Below are positions 16,913 through 24,710 of a stretch of 51,980 bases of DNA, one piece after another. How positions within the stretch are numbered: the first letter of the stretch is position 1; the number at the start of each line of letters is the position of its first letter. The notes beneath the pieces are model-generated. The model was not told the DNA's origin and searched no databases. It worked only from the letters and a program-made list of their open reading frames with translations. Source of the DNA: an uncultured Candidatus Saccharibacteria bacterium (lineage in GTDB: Bacteria > Patescibacteriota > Minisyncoccia > Phycocordibacterales > Phycocordibacteraceae); contig CAYOKK010000002.1 of the NCBI GenBank assembly GCA_964404565.1, positions 1 through 51,980 on the forward strand, in the 5' to 3' direction. A program made the translations under genes and the position numbers.

Positions 16913-16955
16913 TACCCACAAAGCGGATTGGCAGAGAGTTAGGTATACTAGCAAG

Positions 16956-17885
16956 ATGAAAGACTTGTTGATTATAGGCGGCGGGCCTGCAGGTGTCGCC
17001 GCTGGCGTATACGCCTCTCGTAAGCTCCTTACCACCGACCTGGTCGCTGAAGAGATCGGCGGGCAGAGCACGGTGTCCGAGGGCATAGAAAACTGGATCG
17101 GCACGACGCGCATTCCAGGCGCAGACCTTATTACCGCCTTCAAAGATCATCTGGAAGCATACAAGGGCGACGTACTTTCCGTACACGAAGGAAAGCGTGT
17201 TGAAAAGCTCGAGAAGGCTGACGGAGGCTTTGCTGCAACACTCACAGACGGCACCGAGCTCGCTGCGCGCGCTGTGCTTATCGCATCAGGCGCGGCACGG
17301 AAGCGGCTTTCCGTTCCAGGAGCCGACGCCTTCGAGCACAAGGGCCTTACGTACTGCGCTTCGTGCGACGGCCCCCTCTTCAGCAGCATGGATGTGGCGG
17401 TAATCGGCGGGGGCAATGCAGGGTTCGAATCAGCGCTCCAGCTCCTGGCATATGCGAAATCAGTTACGCTCATTCACCGGCGCGCAGACTTCAAGGCTGA
17501 TCAGATCACCGTGCAGAAAGCGCTTGAGCACCCGAACTTTACAGCGCTTACGGAAACCGAGCCGGTAGAGGTGCTCGGAGAGAAGCTCGTGAACGGGCTC
17601 GCAGTCAAAGACCTGAAGTCCGGAGAGGTACGGACGCTTTCCGTAAGCGGTATTTTCGTGGAGATCGGCGTCGTGCCGAACACAGGCTTCGCTAAGGACC
17701 TCGTGAAGCTGGACGAGGTCGGACGTATCGTGACCGACCCGCGCGATCAGCACACGAGCATCGAGGGAGTCTGGGCGGCCGGCGACTGCACAGACGAGCT
17801 CTACCATCAGAACAACATCGCGGCAGGCGATGCGGTGAAGGCGCTCGAAGACATCTATATCTGGCGTAAGACGCGCGGAGCGTAG
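16956..17885 (+). CDS. trxB: Thioredoxin-disulfide reductase
   Basis: 309 aa with GGGPAGVAAGVYA (FAD), the redox motif CASCDG, and GGGNAGFESA (NADPH). Confidence 0.9.
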   Translation: MKDLLIIGGGPAGVAAGVYASRKLLTTDLVAEEIGGQSTVSEGIENWIGTTRIPGADLITAFKDHLEAYKGDVLSVHEGKRVEKLEKADGGFAATLTDGTELAARAVLIASGAARKRLSVPGADAFEHKGLTYCASCDGPLFSSMDVAVIGGGNAGFESALQLLAYAKSVTLIHRRADFKADQITVQKALEHPNFTALTETEPVEVLGEKLVNGLAVKDLKSGEVRTLSVSGIFVEIGVVPNTGFAKDLVKLDEVGRIVTDPRDQHTSIEGVWAAGDCTDELYHQNNIAAGDAVKALEDIYIWRKTRGA

Positions 17886-17933
17886 CGATAAAAAGAGAGC
17901 GGACCGCTATGCGGCCCGCTCTCTTTTTATCGC
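17885..17933. terminator. Long bidirectional terminator hairpin
   Basis: GCGATAAAAAGAGAGCGG(a)CCGC-tat-GCGG(c)CCGCTCTCTTTTTATCGC. Confidence 0.7.
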
Positions 17934-17945
17934 CAAGATCGGATA

Positions 17946-18107
17946 CTACTGCTGCGGCGCAGCATTCTCGCCCTCGGTCTGCGCCTCCTGTGCAGGAGCT
18001 GCGCCTTGATTTCCGTCGTTCGTCATAGGTTCGGTCGGAGGAGTAACTACCGTCTCCTCAGCATTCTCGCCCATAGTAGGATTCGTGTTCTGTGTTTCTT
18101 CTGGCAT
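17946..18107 (-). CDS. Possible small acidic low-complexity protein (53 aa)
   Basis: Below the ORF-track size cut-off. MPEETQNTNPTMGENAEETVVTPPTEPMTNDGNQGAAPAQEAQTEGENAAPQQ ends 13 nt before the bidirectional terminator. There is no SD, and by my hand count its third-position GC looks lower than in neighbouring genes. Confidence 0.25.
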   Translation of the reverse strand: MPEETQNTNPTMGENAEETVVTPPTEPMTNDGNQGAAPAQEAQTEGENAAPQQ

Positions 18108-18287
18108 ATCAGGGTAGGTTAAGACAGAAAAGCAGTTCCGCGCGCTTTCGCGCAGCGGCCTATGCTTACCTATCGGCTAGCAATGATTCGACGGATCGAA
18201 TCAAGTATAAGTATACCCCATCAACCTATGTAGATGGTGAAGGCATGTTCAGAATTTGCTGAATGTTCGTTATAGTATCTCTACAGC

Positions 18288-19484
18288 ATGTCCTCGATCT
18301 CTCCTGCAAAAGAGTGCGCTGCCTGCGTCGGCGTCCCCGCTTCTCATATGTCTCTCTGGCTCGGGACGCTCGCAGATGCCGCGACCCTGCGAGTCCCCGT
18401 CTATCGGATCCCCTTCTATTCATTCCTCATGCGCGCGGCAGAAAGGATCGTTTCCGTTGCCGGCGCTCTTTGTTTCCATGTTGCCCGAGGCCTGCACCTT
18501 ATACGTCTTTCAGATGATCCCGAGACGTCCGTTTCCGCGCGCTCAAAGCTCCTGTGGCAAGAAGCCGCCCGCCGCGGCATACGCATGCAGCAGCTCATGC
18601 TGGCCGGCATGCCTACCGACCTCTTCCGCGTGCGCCATGGCCGCACGACGCAGTTCTTCCGCAGCCTTCCCCTTTCTCCGGACGCACGCGCGCTCTGCAT
18701 GGACGACAAGGTGCTTTTCAAGGAGAAGATGGAACGTGCTGATCTGCCCGTGCCTAAGCGCTTCGGCGTATCAGGCTTCTCTGATGCAGAGCGCGCGCTT
18801 GAAGCGGTAGGTACCGCCTGCGTAAAGCCGCGCACGGGCAGCAATGGCCGCCATACGTATCCGAATGTGCGCACTAGTAAAGACCTTGAAGAAGCGTTCA
18901 AAGGCGTAAAGCAGATCAGCGCCTTCGTTACCGTAGAAGAATATCTAGAAGGAAACCTTTGTCGCGCCACCTGCGTCGGCGGCACACTGATCGGCTTTCT
19001 CGAATCTGCCTATCCTTCCGTTACCGGCGACGGGCGCTCGACTATAGCTGAACTCATTGAGCGGGCGAACGCACAGAAGCTGCCTGGCGTGGACGATATG
19101 ACGCTCGATGCAGTGAACGAAGGCTTTATACGGCGACGCGGCTACGCGCCCGGCTCTGTGCTGGCAGAGGGCACCACGCTTGCGCTCACCTACCGCGGCG
19201 GCACCGGTTCCGGCGGCAGCAACCGCGAGCACGGCCGAAACATCCATCCTTCGTTTATTCCTCTCATCGAAAAGGCGGCGCAGCGTACCGAGCTTTCCAT
19301 CGTCGGCTTCGATCTCATCATTCCCGACCCGCAGCAGCCTGCTGATACTCAGCGCTGGGGATTCATCGAGGCAAACTCGCTTCCTTGGATCGACCTGCAC
19401 GCGCACCCGTACTATGGCGATCCTATCGATCTTTCCTCAGCCGTCTGGGAGCTATGGCTCGATCGGCAGCGCGCATCGCGCTAA
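18288..19484 (+). CDS. Stand-alone ATP-grasp ligase related to the cyanophycin-synthetase N-terminal module
   Basis: 398 aa. CVKPRTGSNGRHTY, VEEYLEGNLCRATCVGGTLIGFLESAYPSVTGDGRSTIAELIERAN, YRGGTGSGGSN..NIHPSF, IVGFDLIIPD and GFIEANSLPWIDLH parallel CphA-type ATP-grasp motifs. The exact start is uncertain. Confidence 0.6.
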   Translation: MSSISPAKECAACVGVPASHMSLWLGTLADAATLRVPVYRIPFYSFLMRAAERIVSVAGALCFHVARGLHLIRLSDDPETSVSARSKLLWQEAARRGIRMQQLMLAGMPTDLFRVRHGRTTQFFRSLPLSPDARALCMDDKVLFKEKMERADLPVPKRFGVSGFSDAERALEAVGTACVKPRTGSNGRHTYPNVRTSKDLEEAFKGVKQISAFVTVEEYLEGNLCRATCVGGTLIGFLESAYPSVTGDGRSTIAELIERANAQKLPGVDDMTLDAVNEGFIRRRGYAPGSVLAEGTTLALTYRGGTGSGGSNREHGRNIHPSFIPLIEKAAQRTELSIVGFDLIIPDPQQPADTQRWGFIEANSLPWIDLHAHPYYGDPIDLSSAVWELWLDRQRASR

Positions 19485-19492
19485 CCGCTGCG

Positions 19493-20188
19493 CTATATTC
19501 CTATACCCTGCTCGGCATCCCGCACCCGGTACTCATTGACCGTGTTGTGCGCGAACCGCGTCTCTTCCGGCAAGCGGTGTTTCCGCACGGATGCCGTCAC
19601 CAGCTCAACTGAATCTTCGAGCGTTATCTTGTGTCCGGCAGATATGAACACCGGCTTTACATTCACCTTCGTGCGCAGCGCGGCGCCGATCACCTCGGTG
19701 CGGTCGTTCCGATCATACAAGTATGAAAAAGCGCCCGCCACGTTATCTGGATCCTCGTATACGCCCGTGAGGACTGACTTCGCGCACCCGATAGTGGGCA
19801 TGTTCAGGAGCACGCCCAGGTGCGAGGCGATCCCGAGCCGCCGCGGATGCGCGATGCCGATGCCATCCGCGATGAGCACATCCGGTTTCTGCTCGAGCTT
19901 CTCCCATGCCTTGAGCAGCATCGGTATCTCGCGGAACGAGAGCAGGCCGGGAATGTACGGCATCGGGATACGGTCCTTCACGACTGCATGGTCTACGAGC
20001 GCGAGCTCCGGATATGAAAGCGTGACGAATCCTGCAAATCCTTCCTTCGCGAAGCGGTTCATCGAGACATCGCAACCGCCCACGAGCTTCGGCTCGCGCG
20101 CGAGCGGCGTCAGCCGCACCTTTCCGGCGAGCTCTTTCTGGAGCGCGATGGCTTCCTTCGGGGTCAGGTTCCAGGCGTGGGTAGTCAT
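19493..20188 (-). CDS. nfi: Endonuclease V
   Basis: 231 aa with GGCDVS, PYIPGLLSFRE, ADGIGIAHPRRLGIASHLG. Confidence 0.92.
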   Translation of the reverse strand: MTTHAWNLTPKEAIALQKELAGKVRLTPLAREPKLVGGCDVSMNRFAKEGFAGFVTLSYPELALVDHAVVKDRIPMPYIPGLLSFREIPMLLKAWEKLEQKPDVLIADGIGIAHPRRLGIASHLGVLLNMPTIGCAKSVLTGVYEDPDNVAGAFSYLYDRNDRTEVIGAALRTKVNVKPVFISAGHKITLEDSVELVTASVRKHRLPEETRFAHNTVNEYRVRDAEQGIGI

Positions 20189-20214
20189 ATATACGCAAAA
20201 TACTCAGAACGGTA

Positions 20215-20802
20215 TCACCGATACAGATAGAATGTCATATCCTCCGGCGAATACTCGTGACGCAGCGTGACGTCCGGCGTGAGCGTACGGCAGAACGCTA
20301 AGAGCTCATCGGGATCGTATCCGAGATACTCGTCGTCTTCTTGTATGGCGCTCTTATCAAGCACGTTGAACGCTGCTCCTTTTCGCGCCAGCGCAAACAT
20401 CTTTCGTACGTGCTCACGGTATACGGATTCATGATCTGCGATACGGAACGTGAGCGCGCCGGAGGAAAGCACGTAGTCTGCGCCCGGGCCGGCATACTCG
20501 GCGAAGTCTGCCGTCTCGAACGCAGCATCAGGGAACTTTTTTCTGGCAGCAGCGATAGCGTCAGGGTTACTGTCGATACCGAGATACTGCACGCGGGGAA
20601 ACCGCGAGCGCAGATATCCGTACAGGTCGCCCACGCCGCAGCCCTCATCAAGCACGGAGGCGGCACCGAGCGGCCCGACCTCAGTGAGCACCTTGAAGCG
20701 CGTCTCTTGCGAGCCTGCATCCCGCCAGCCGAGCCCTCGGGGATCGTCCGCACCGTACCGCTCTAAGCGGTCACGATAAAAGCGCTGGAGGCGGATATCC
20801 AT
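20215..20802 (-). CDS. Class I SAM-dependent methyltransferase
   Basis: 195 aa with motif I VLDEGCGVGDL. It lies upstream of nfi with a 26-nt gap. Confidence 0.75.
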   Translation of the reverse strand: MDIRLQRFYRDRLERYGADDPRGLGWRDAGSQETRFKVLTEVGPLGAASVLDEGCGVGDLYGYLRSRFPRVQYLGIDSNPDAIAAARKKFPDAAFETADFAEYAGPGADYVLSSGALTFRIADHESVYREHVRKMFALARKGAAFNVLDKSAIQEDDEYLGYDPDELLAFCRTLTPDVTLRHEYSPEDMTFYLYR

Positions 20803-20840
20803 GCGCTTATGCTAGCACTTCCCTATGAACGGCTGATGAT

Positions 20841-20926
<86 letters not shown>

Positions 20927-21781
20927 TTCGAGGCAACTATACCTCAAACCGCCTTATATGTTTAGCATTATGGGAGCCCACCAATTCCATGTACTTTTGA
21001 ACAGACTTTCTACGTCGAATTCGCACGTCTCTACCTGAAAGAGTTGGCGATAACCCGAGTTCGACGCAAGTCACGTATACAAAGTCACGGAGTGCAGCAG
21101 ATGCGCTCGTAAAAGCAATACAGGTTGAAGTATATTTTTTATCCTTAATCAAATGGGAGTCTTTGTAAACCGAACCATCAGTATCAATTAATCCCCTAAG
21201 AAAGGCGTATCGTAGTTTCTTATTCTTAAGCACCCAATTGGGTGGACAGATGCCGCCCCTGAGTTTGTCTCCTTGCGGCATACCCTTGCTAACAAAATAT
21301 AAACATAAAGCCTTTGATGAGGCGACAATTTGAACCGCTTTAGAGTCTTTACGCTTATAGAGCGATACAGGAATATCAAATAATCTTTCAAGAAGCTCTT
21401 TCGAGTACAAAGCATGGTCCATATCTGTCTCAGAATTGGTAGTTATGAGAAGTTGGTATGAACCGACATGACCATCTCCCATAACAATGCCGAACAGCTC
21501 TGCAAGCTCTGCTGATACCTTCGGCATTCGTATTAACCTTAGAGTTTTGAATCTTGAATCGTTTGCTGAGTGAGTTCTGATTGAACGCAGACCCCCAAGT
21601 CGTCTCCCCTCTAACGTGCCGGGATTTCCATGCAATTGGATTCGTGCAATTCCCCCCTTTCGGGCACTCTCTTTTTTGATAGTTTCTTTCATGTGTAGAT
21701 TTCGAGTATCTATATATTAACATGTCAGCTTATCTTCTCATTGTTAATTGCACAGGACATGGTATGTTGTAAAAGTTCCGG
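20927..21781. mobile_element. AT-rich island carrying a free-standing LAGLIDADG homing endonuclease gene between two tRNA genes
   Basis: Base composition is visibly AT-richer than both flanks (not computed). It is bounded by tRNA-Ser (20926) and tRNA-Glu (21782). I saw no repeats or integrase. Confidence 0.45.
20937..21692 (-). CDS. LAGLIDADG-family homing endonuclease (two-motif, single-chain type)
   Basis: 251 aa with two LAGLIDADG motifs, [10 protein letters not shown] and [12 protein letters not shown]. Confidence 0.85.
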   Translation of the reverse strand: MKETIKKESARKGGIARIQLHGNPGTLEGRRLGGLRSIRTHSANDSRFKTLRLIRMPKVSAELAELFGIVMGDGHVGSYQLLITTNSETDMDHALYSKELLERLFDIPVSLYKRKDSKAVQIVASSKALCLYFVSKGMPQGDKLRGGICPPNWVLKNKKLRYAFLRGLIDTDGSVYKDSHLIKDKKYTSTCIAFTSASAALRDFVYVTCVELGLSPTLSGRDVRIRRRKSVQKYMELVGSHNAKHIRRFEV

Positions 21782-21853
21782 CGGCCCCATCGTCTAACGG
21801 CTAGGACGCCCGCCTTTCACGCAGGAAATCGGGGTTCGATTCCCCGTGGGGTC
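21782..21853 (+). tRNA. tRNA-Glu (anticodon UUC), no encoded CCA
   Basis: Hand-folded: acceptor GGCCCCA/TGGGGTC, anticodon arm CCCGC-CTTTCAC-GCAGG (one C.A mismatch), T arm CGGGG-TTCGATT-CCCCG. Confidence 0.85.
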
Positions 21854-21864
21854 ACACGTAAAGC

Positions 21865-21899
21865 AGTAAAACAGCCTTCGAGATTCGAAGGCTGTTTTA
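21865..21899 (+). terminator. Terminator after tRNA-Glu
   Basis: GTAAAACAGCCTTCGA-gat-TCGAAGGCTGTTTTAC, a 16-bp perfect stem. Confidence 0.65.
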
Positions 21900-22025
21900 C
21901 GTTTGCGGCATATTTTTAAAGTCTCGAAATACCACGATTAATTGCGGTATTTGTTGATAACACACGCTGAGAAAAGCAGCCGCCGCTATAATGAGCCTGT
22001 TCCTTATTAGCGAGCTTTGACCAGT

Positions 22026-22889
22026 ATGAAAATCAGACACTATGGTGCAGGTTTGTGTATCGCAGTTCTCGCCGCATGTTCTATAAGTACAGGGGCGCAC
22101 GCACAGCCAGTAAGCCGAGACTCGCTCGAGAAGCTGAGCAAGGATCAGCTTATTCAGATGGTGCTTGACCTTTCGGGAAACGGCACGTCTTCCGACAAGG
22201 GTCTGCGCATCGGCCAAGAGCTGCGCCAGGGCATGTCCGGCCAAGAAGTACGCGAACTGCAGCAGATTCTTGCAACCGATCCGACAGTCTATCCTGAAGG
22301 GCTCGTCACGGGCTTCTTCGGCCCGCTTACGGCAAACGCTGTCGGGCGCCTGCAAGCTAAGTTCAGGCTCGAGTCGAGAGGCGTAGTAAATGCTGATACC
22401 CTCGCGCTCATAAACTCGCTTCTTGAAGCTCAGGGTGTCACCGGTACGGTCATCCCGCAGGACGTTCTGAGCGCTGGTGCGAGCCGCATCAAGGTTGAGG
22501 TGAAGAACAACAACGGAAAGATCGAGTACAAGATCGAAATAAAATGCGATTCAAGCGGCAAAGGTAACTCCTGCAAGGATGCTGACGATGAGGACGAAGA
22601 TACCGCGCGCGATAGCGAAGAGGAGGGACTCGAGATAGAAGCTGAAATAGAGGATGGAGAAGCGAAGGTAAAGGTCGAACAGGACGGAGACAAGGAAAGC
22701 TTCACGCTTCGCCTGACCGACCACTCTGCGATTATCGAAGAGGTTGCGGATCGCCTAGACCTCTCCGAATCTGAAGTTGAGGACGTCATCACTTTCGACG
22801 ACGAAGGTAATCACGATAAGAGCGATGAGGATGGCGACGATCACGAGGATGACGATCACGGCAGTGGCGGCCACGGGAGCGACGACTAG
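22026..22889 (+). CDS. Secreted peptidoglycan-binding-domain protein with a highly acidic C-terminal region
   Basis: ATG at 22026. Signal peptide MKIRHYGAGLCIAVLAACSISTGAHA. PG_binding_1-like GMSGQEVRELQQILATDPTVYPEGLVTGFFGPLTANAVGRLQ. The C-terminal part is Asp/Glu/His-rich. Confidence 0.7.
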   Translation: MKIRHYGAGLCIAVLAACSISTGAHAQPVSRDSLEKLSKDQLIQMVLDLSGNGTSSDKGLRIGQELRQGMSGQEVRELQQILATDPTVYPEGLVTGFFGPLTANAVGRLQAKFRLESRGVVNADTLALINSLLEAQGVTGTVIPQDVLSAGASRIKVEVKNNNGKIEYKIEIKCDSSGKGNSCKDADDEDEDTARDSEEEGLEIEAEIEDGEAKVKVEQDGDKESFTLRLTDHSAIIEEVADRLDLSESEVEDVITFDDEGNHDKSDEDGDDHEDDDHGSGGHGSDD

Positions 22890-22916
22890 CTAGGTTAAGC
22901 ACCCTATTCATCTGCT

Positions 22917-22942
22917 GAAAGCCCTGCGCCTGCAGGGCTTTC
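22917..22942 (+). terminator. Rho-independent terminator
   Basis: GAAAGCCCTGC-gcct-GCAGGGCTTTC followed by TCGTTTTCTCT. Confidence 0.7.
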
Positions 22943-22991
22943 TCGTTTTCTCTGCTCTCTAGACGTCAGCAGAAGATGTATACTTCCCTCC

Positions 22992-24083
22992 ATGAATCCG
23001 GCTGAATGCAGGTGGGGAATCGAGCACGAATTCAGCGTCGTGCGCGACGGCGCGACATACTGTGACTTTACGAATACGACGTTCGAAGACTTCGATCAGG
23101 TCATCGAGAAACTGCCCGTCTACCCGAGCGACTATCCTATGCTGCGCATCGGCGATCTCGGAATCAGGAGGAAGCGGTGGTACATAGAAGGCCTCGAGCG
23201 CTTTTCTGAGACAGGCGACTTTCTCCGGCTCATCCCCAAAGGATTCGAGATACGGACGCCTGTCTGCGCTTCCTTGAGCGAGGCTGTCGCCACGCTCACC
23301 CACGATTTCGAGGCGTGGAAAGCGGCGGCGAAGCCGTACGGCTTCGCCGCCGCGCCTGTCTCCTTTAATCCGTTCGCCACAGAATATGTTCCCGAACCGC
23401 CGCTCAACGCCTGGGAACGGGCGCAGCAGACATCGCCGGAAGACCTGACCGACCACATGCACATGCTCACGAACGGGCCGGACATAAGCTTCTCGCATCC
23501 GGCATGGAGCATGGAAGATATCATCGACATCGGAAAGAAGCTTACCTACTACAGCCCCTATATCGTGCCGTTCAGCTTTTCTTCGCCGTTCTATGAAGGA
23601 ACGTCGTGGGGCGGCCTCTCCCGCCGCACGTACTACCGCACCGGCAAACGCCCTGCTGCGCTCGTCTTCGTCGATGACGAAAGACACCTCGCGCCGAGCG
23701 CCCCTTCGCTCACGAAGATTGCGCGCATTCCCGAAGAAATAGGCCGTATCGAATTCAAGGCTTTCGATGCGATCGCAGACTTTTCTTTGTATGAGTCGTT
23801 AGGAATCCTGCTGCTCGGCATCGCGCTCGACGGCACGCTGCCTGGCCGGGCACTCACGCCCGACACGGCCCTTCATCAGAAAGCCGCTGTAAAAGGATTC
23901 GAGGACGAGAGTATTCGAAACGAGTGCGCGGCTGTTCTTGCGGCAGCGCAGGCGGCACTTCCTCCCGAGCTCGCTACATCGCTTGACCGCCTGCGCGGCA
24001 TGCTCGATTCTCGAAAGGTGCGCCCGCATGCCATGCTCGAGACCTTTTCCCGCTCCGGCAGTATCATTGCGGCGATCATGTAG
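22992..24083 (+). CDS. Carboxylate-amine ligase, glutamate-cysteine-ligase family 2 (YbdK-like)
   Basis: 363 aa. N-terminal WGIEHEFSVV, FEIRTPV, and YYSPYIVPFSFSSPFYEGTSWGGLSRRTYY resemble GCS2-family motifs. Confidence 0.55.
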   Translation: MNPAECRWGIEHEFSVVRDGATYCDFTNTTFEDFDQVIEKLPVYPSDYPMLRIGDLGIRRKRWYIEGLERFSETGDFLRLIPKGFEIRTPVCASLSEAVATLTHDFEAWKAAAKPYGFAAAPVSFNPFATEYVPEPPLNAWERAQQTSPEDLTDHMHMLTNGPDISFSHPAWSMEDIIDIGKKLTYYSPYIVPFSFSSPFYEGTSWGGLSRRTYYRTGKRPAALVFVDDERHLAPSAPSLTKIARIPEEIGRIEFKAFDAIADFSLYESLGILLLGIALDGTLPGRALTPDTALHQKAAVKGFEDESIRNECAAVLAAAQAALPPELATSLDRLRGMLDSRKVRPHAMLETFSRSGSIIAAIM

Positions 24084-24159
24084 CCCTACTCTGCATGTAT
24101 ACGTGCCCCCTAGTGGAAATCCCGCCTGAAATACGGTATGTTTCAGAGGCAGGAATCCT

Positions 24160-24232
24160 GCGCGGTTAGCTCAGTTGGTAGAGCATCCCCTTGACGTGGG
24201 GAGGGTCACAGGTTCGAGTCCTGTATCGCGCA
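24160..24232 (+). tRNA. tRNA-Val (anticodon GAC)
   Basis: Hand-folded: GCGCGGT-TA-GCTC-AGTTGGTA-GAGC-A-TCCCC-TTGACGT-GGGGA-GGGTC-ACAGG-TTCGAGT-CCTGT-ATCGCGC-A. Confidence 0.9.
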
Positions 24233-24334
24233 CCCAAAAACATACGGGCAGCCGCAATGCTTGCGATTTCTCAGGTTCGCAGTATAACGGAAATAGATCG
24301 CTTCTGATCTGTTCCAGCAAAAAGGAAACGTATC

Positions 24335-24631
24335 ATGCGTATGCTACCGACCGCGCTGGCAGCAGCCGCGCTTTGCCTTTCGGGCATTCCGACCACCGCG
24401 CTCGCGGACACCGGGCCCGTGGAGATCAACTCTTGGGGCGACTTCGCGATCAAGACCGCGGACGTGCCGAACGGCTGCAGCGTTCTCAGCATCTACGCCG
24501 ACGAACGGAGCGTCGAGGTCACGTGCCCGAACCAGCAGGCGTTCGTCGTCGGCTTCCAGATCTCGGACGACTTCACTGCTTCCTGCGACACGAAGAGCGG
24601 CAAGTACGTCTGCACCGTCAAGAAACGCTGA
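24335..24631 (+). CDS. Small secreted four-cysteine protein (hypothetical)
   Basis: AAGGAA lies 8 nt upstream of the ATG. Signal peptide MRMLPTALAAAALCLSGIPTTALA. The mature part is about 74 aa with 4 Cys. A terminator follows. Confidence 0.6.
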   Translation: MRMLPTALAAAALCLSGIPTTALADTGPVEINSWGDFAIKTADVPNGCSVLSIYADERSVEVTCPNQQAFVVGFQISDDFTASCDTKSGKYVCTVKKR

Positions 24632-24645
24632 ATACCACCTGATTC

Positions 24646-24670
24646 AAAGGGCCCCTACGGGGCCCTTTTT
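24646..24670 (+). terminator. Rho-independent terminator
   Basis: AAAGGGCCCC-tac-GGGGCCCTTTTT. Confidence 0.75.
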
Positions 24671-24710
24671 GCTGCTTCACAAGACCCGCTCGGTGGCTTA
24701 GAGTGAGACG

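Noticed and set aside
15561-17186. A 541-aa reverse ORF lies antisense to ftsZ and the start of trxB.
   Set aside because: It is a shadow ORF. It crosses the ftsZ terminator and the intergenic region, and it is a low-complexity Ser/Ala/Pro/Arg sequence.
21188-21723. Alternative-frame ORFs (21188-21415 and 21430-21723) lie inside the LAGLIDADG gene region.
   Set aside because: They overlap the frame that carries both LAGLIDADG motifs and have no features of their own.
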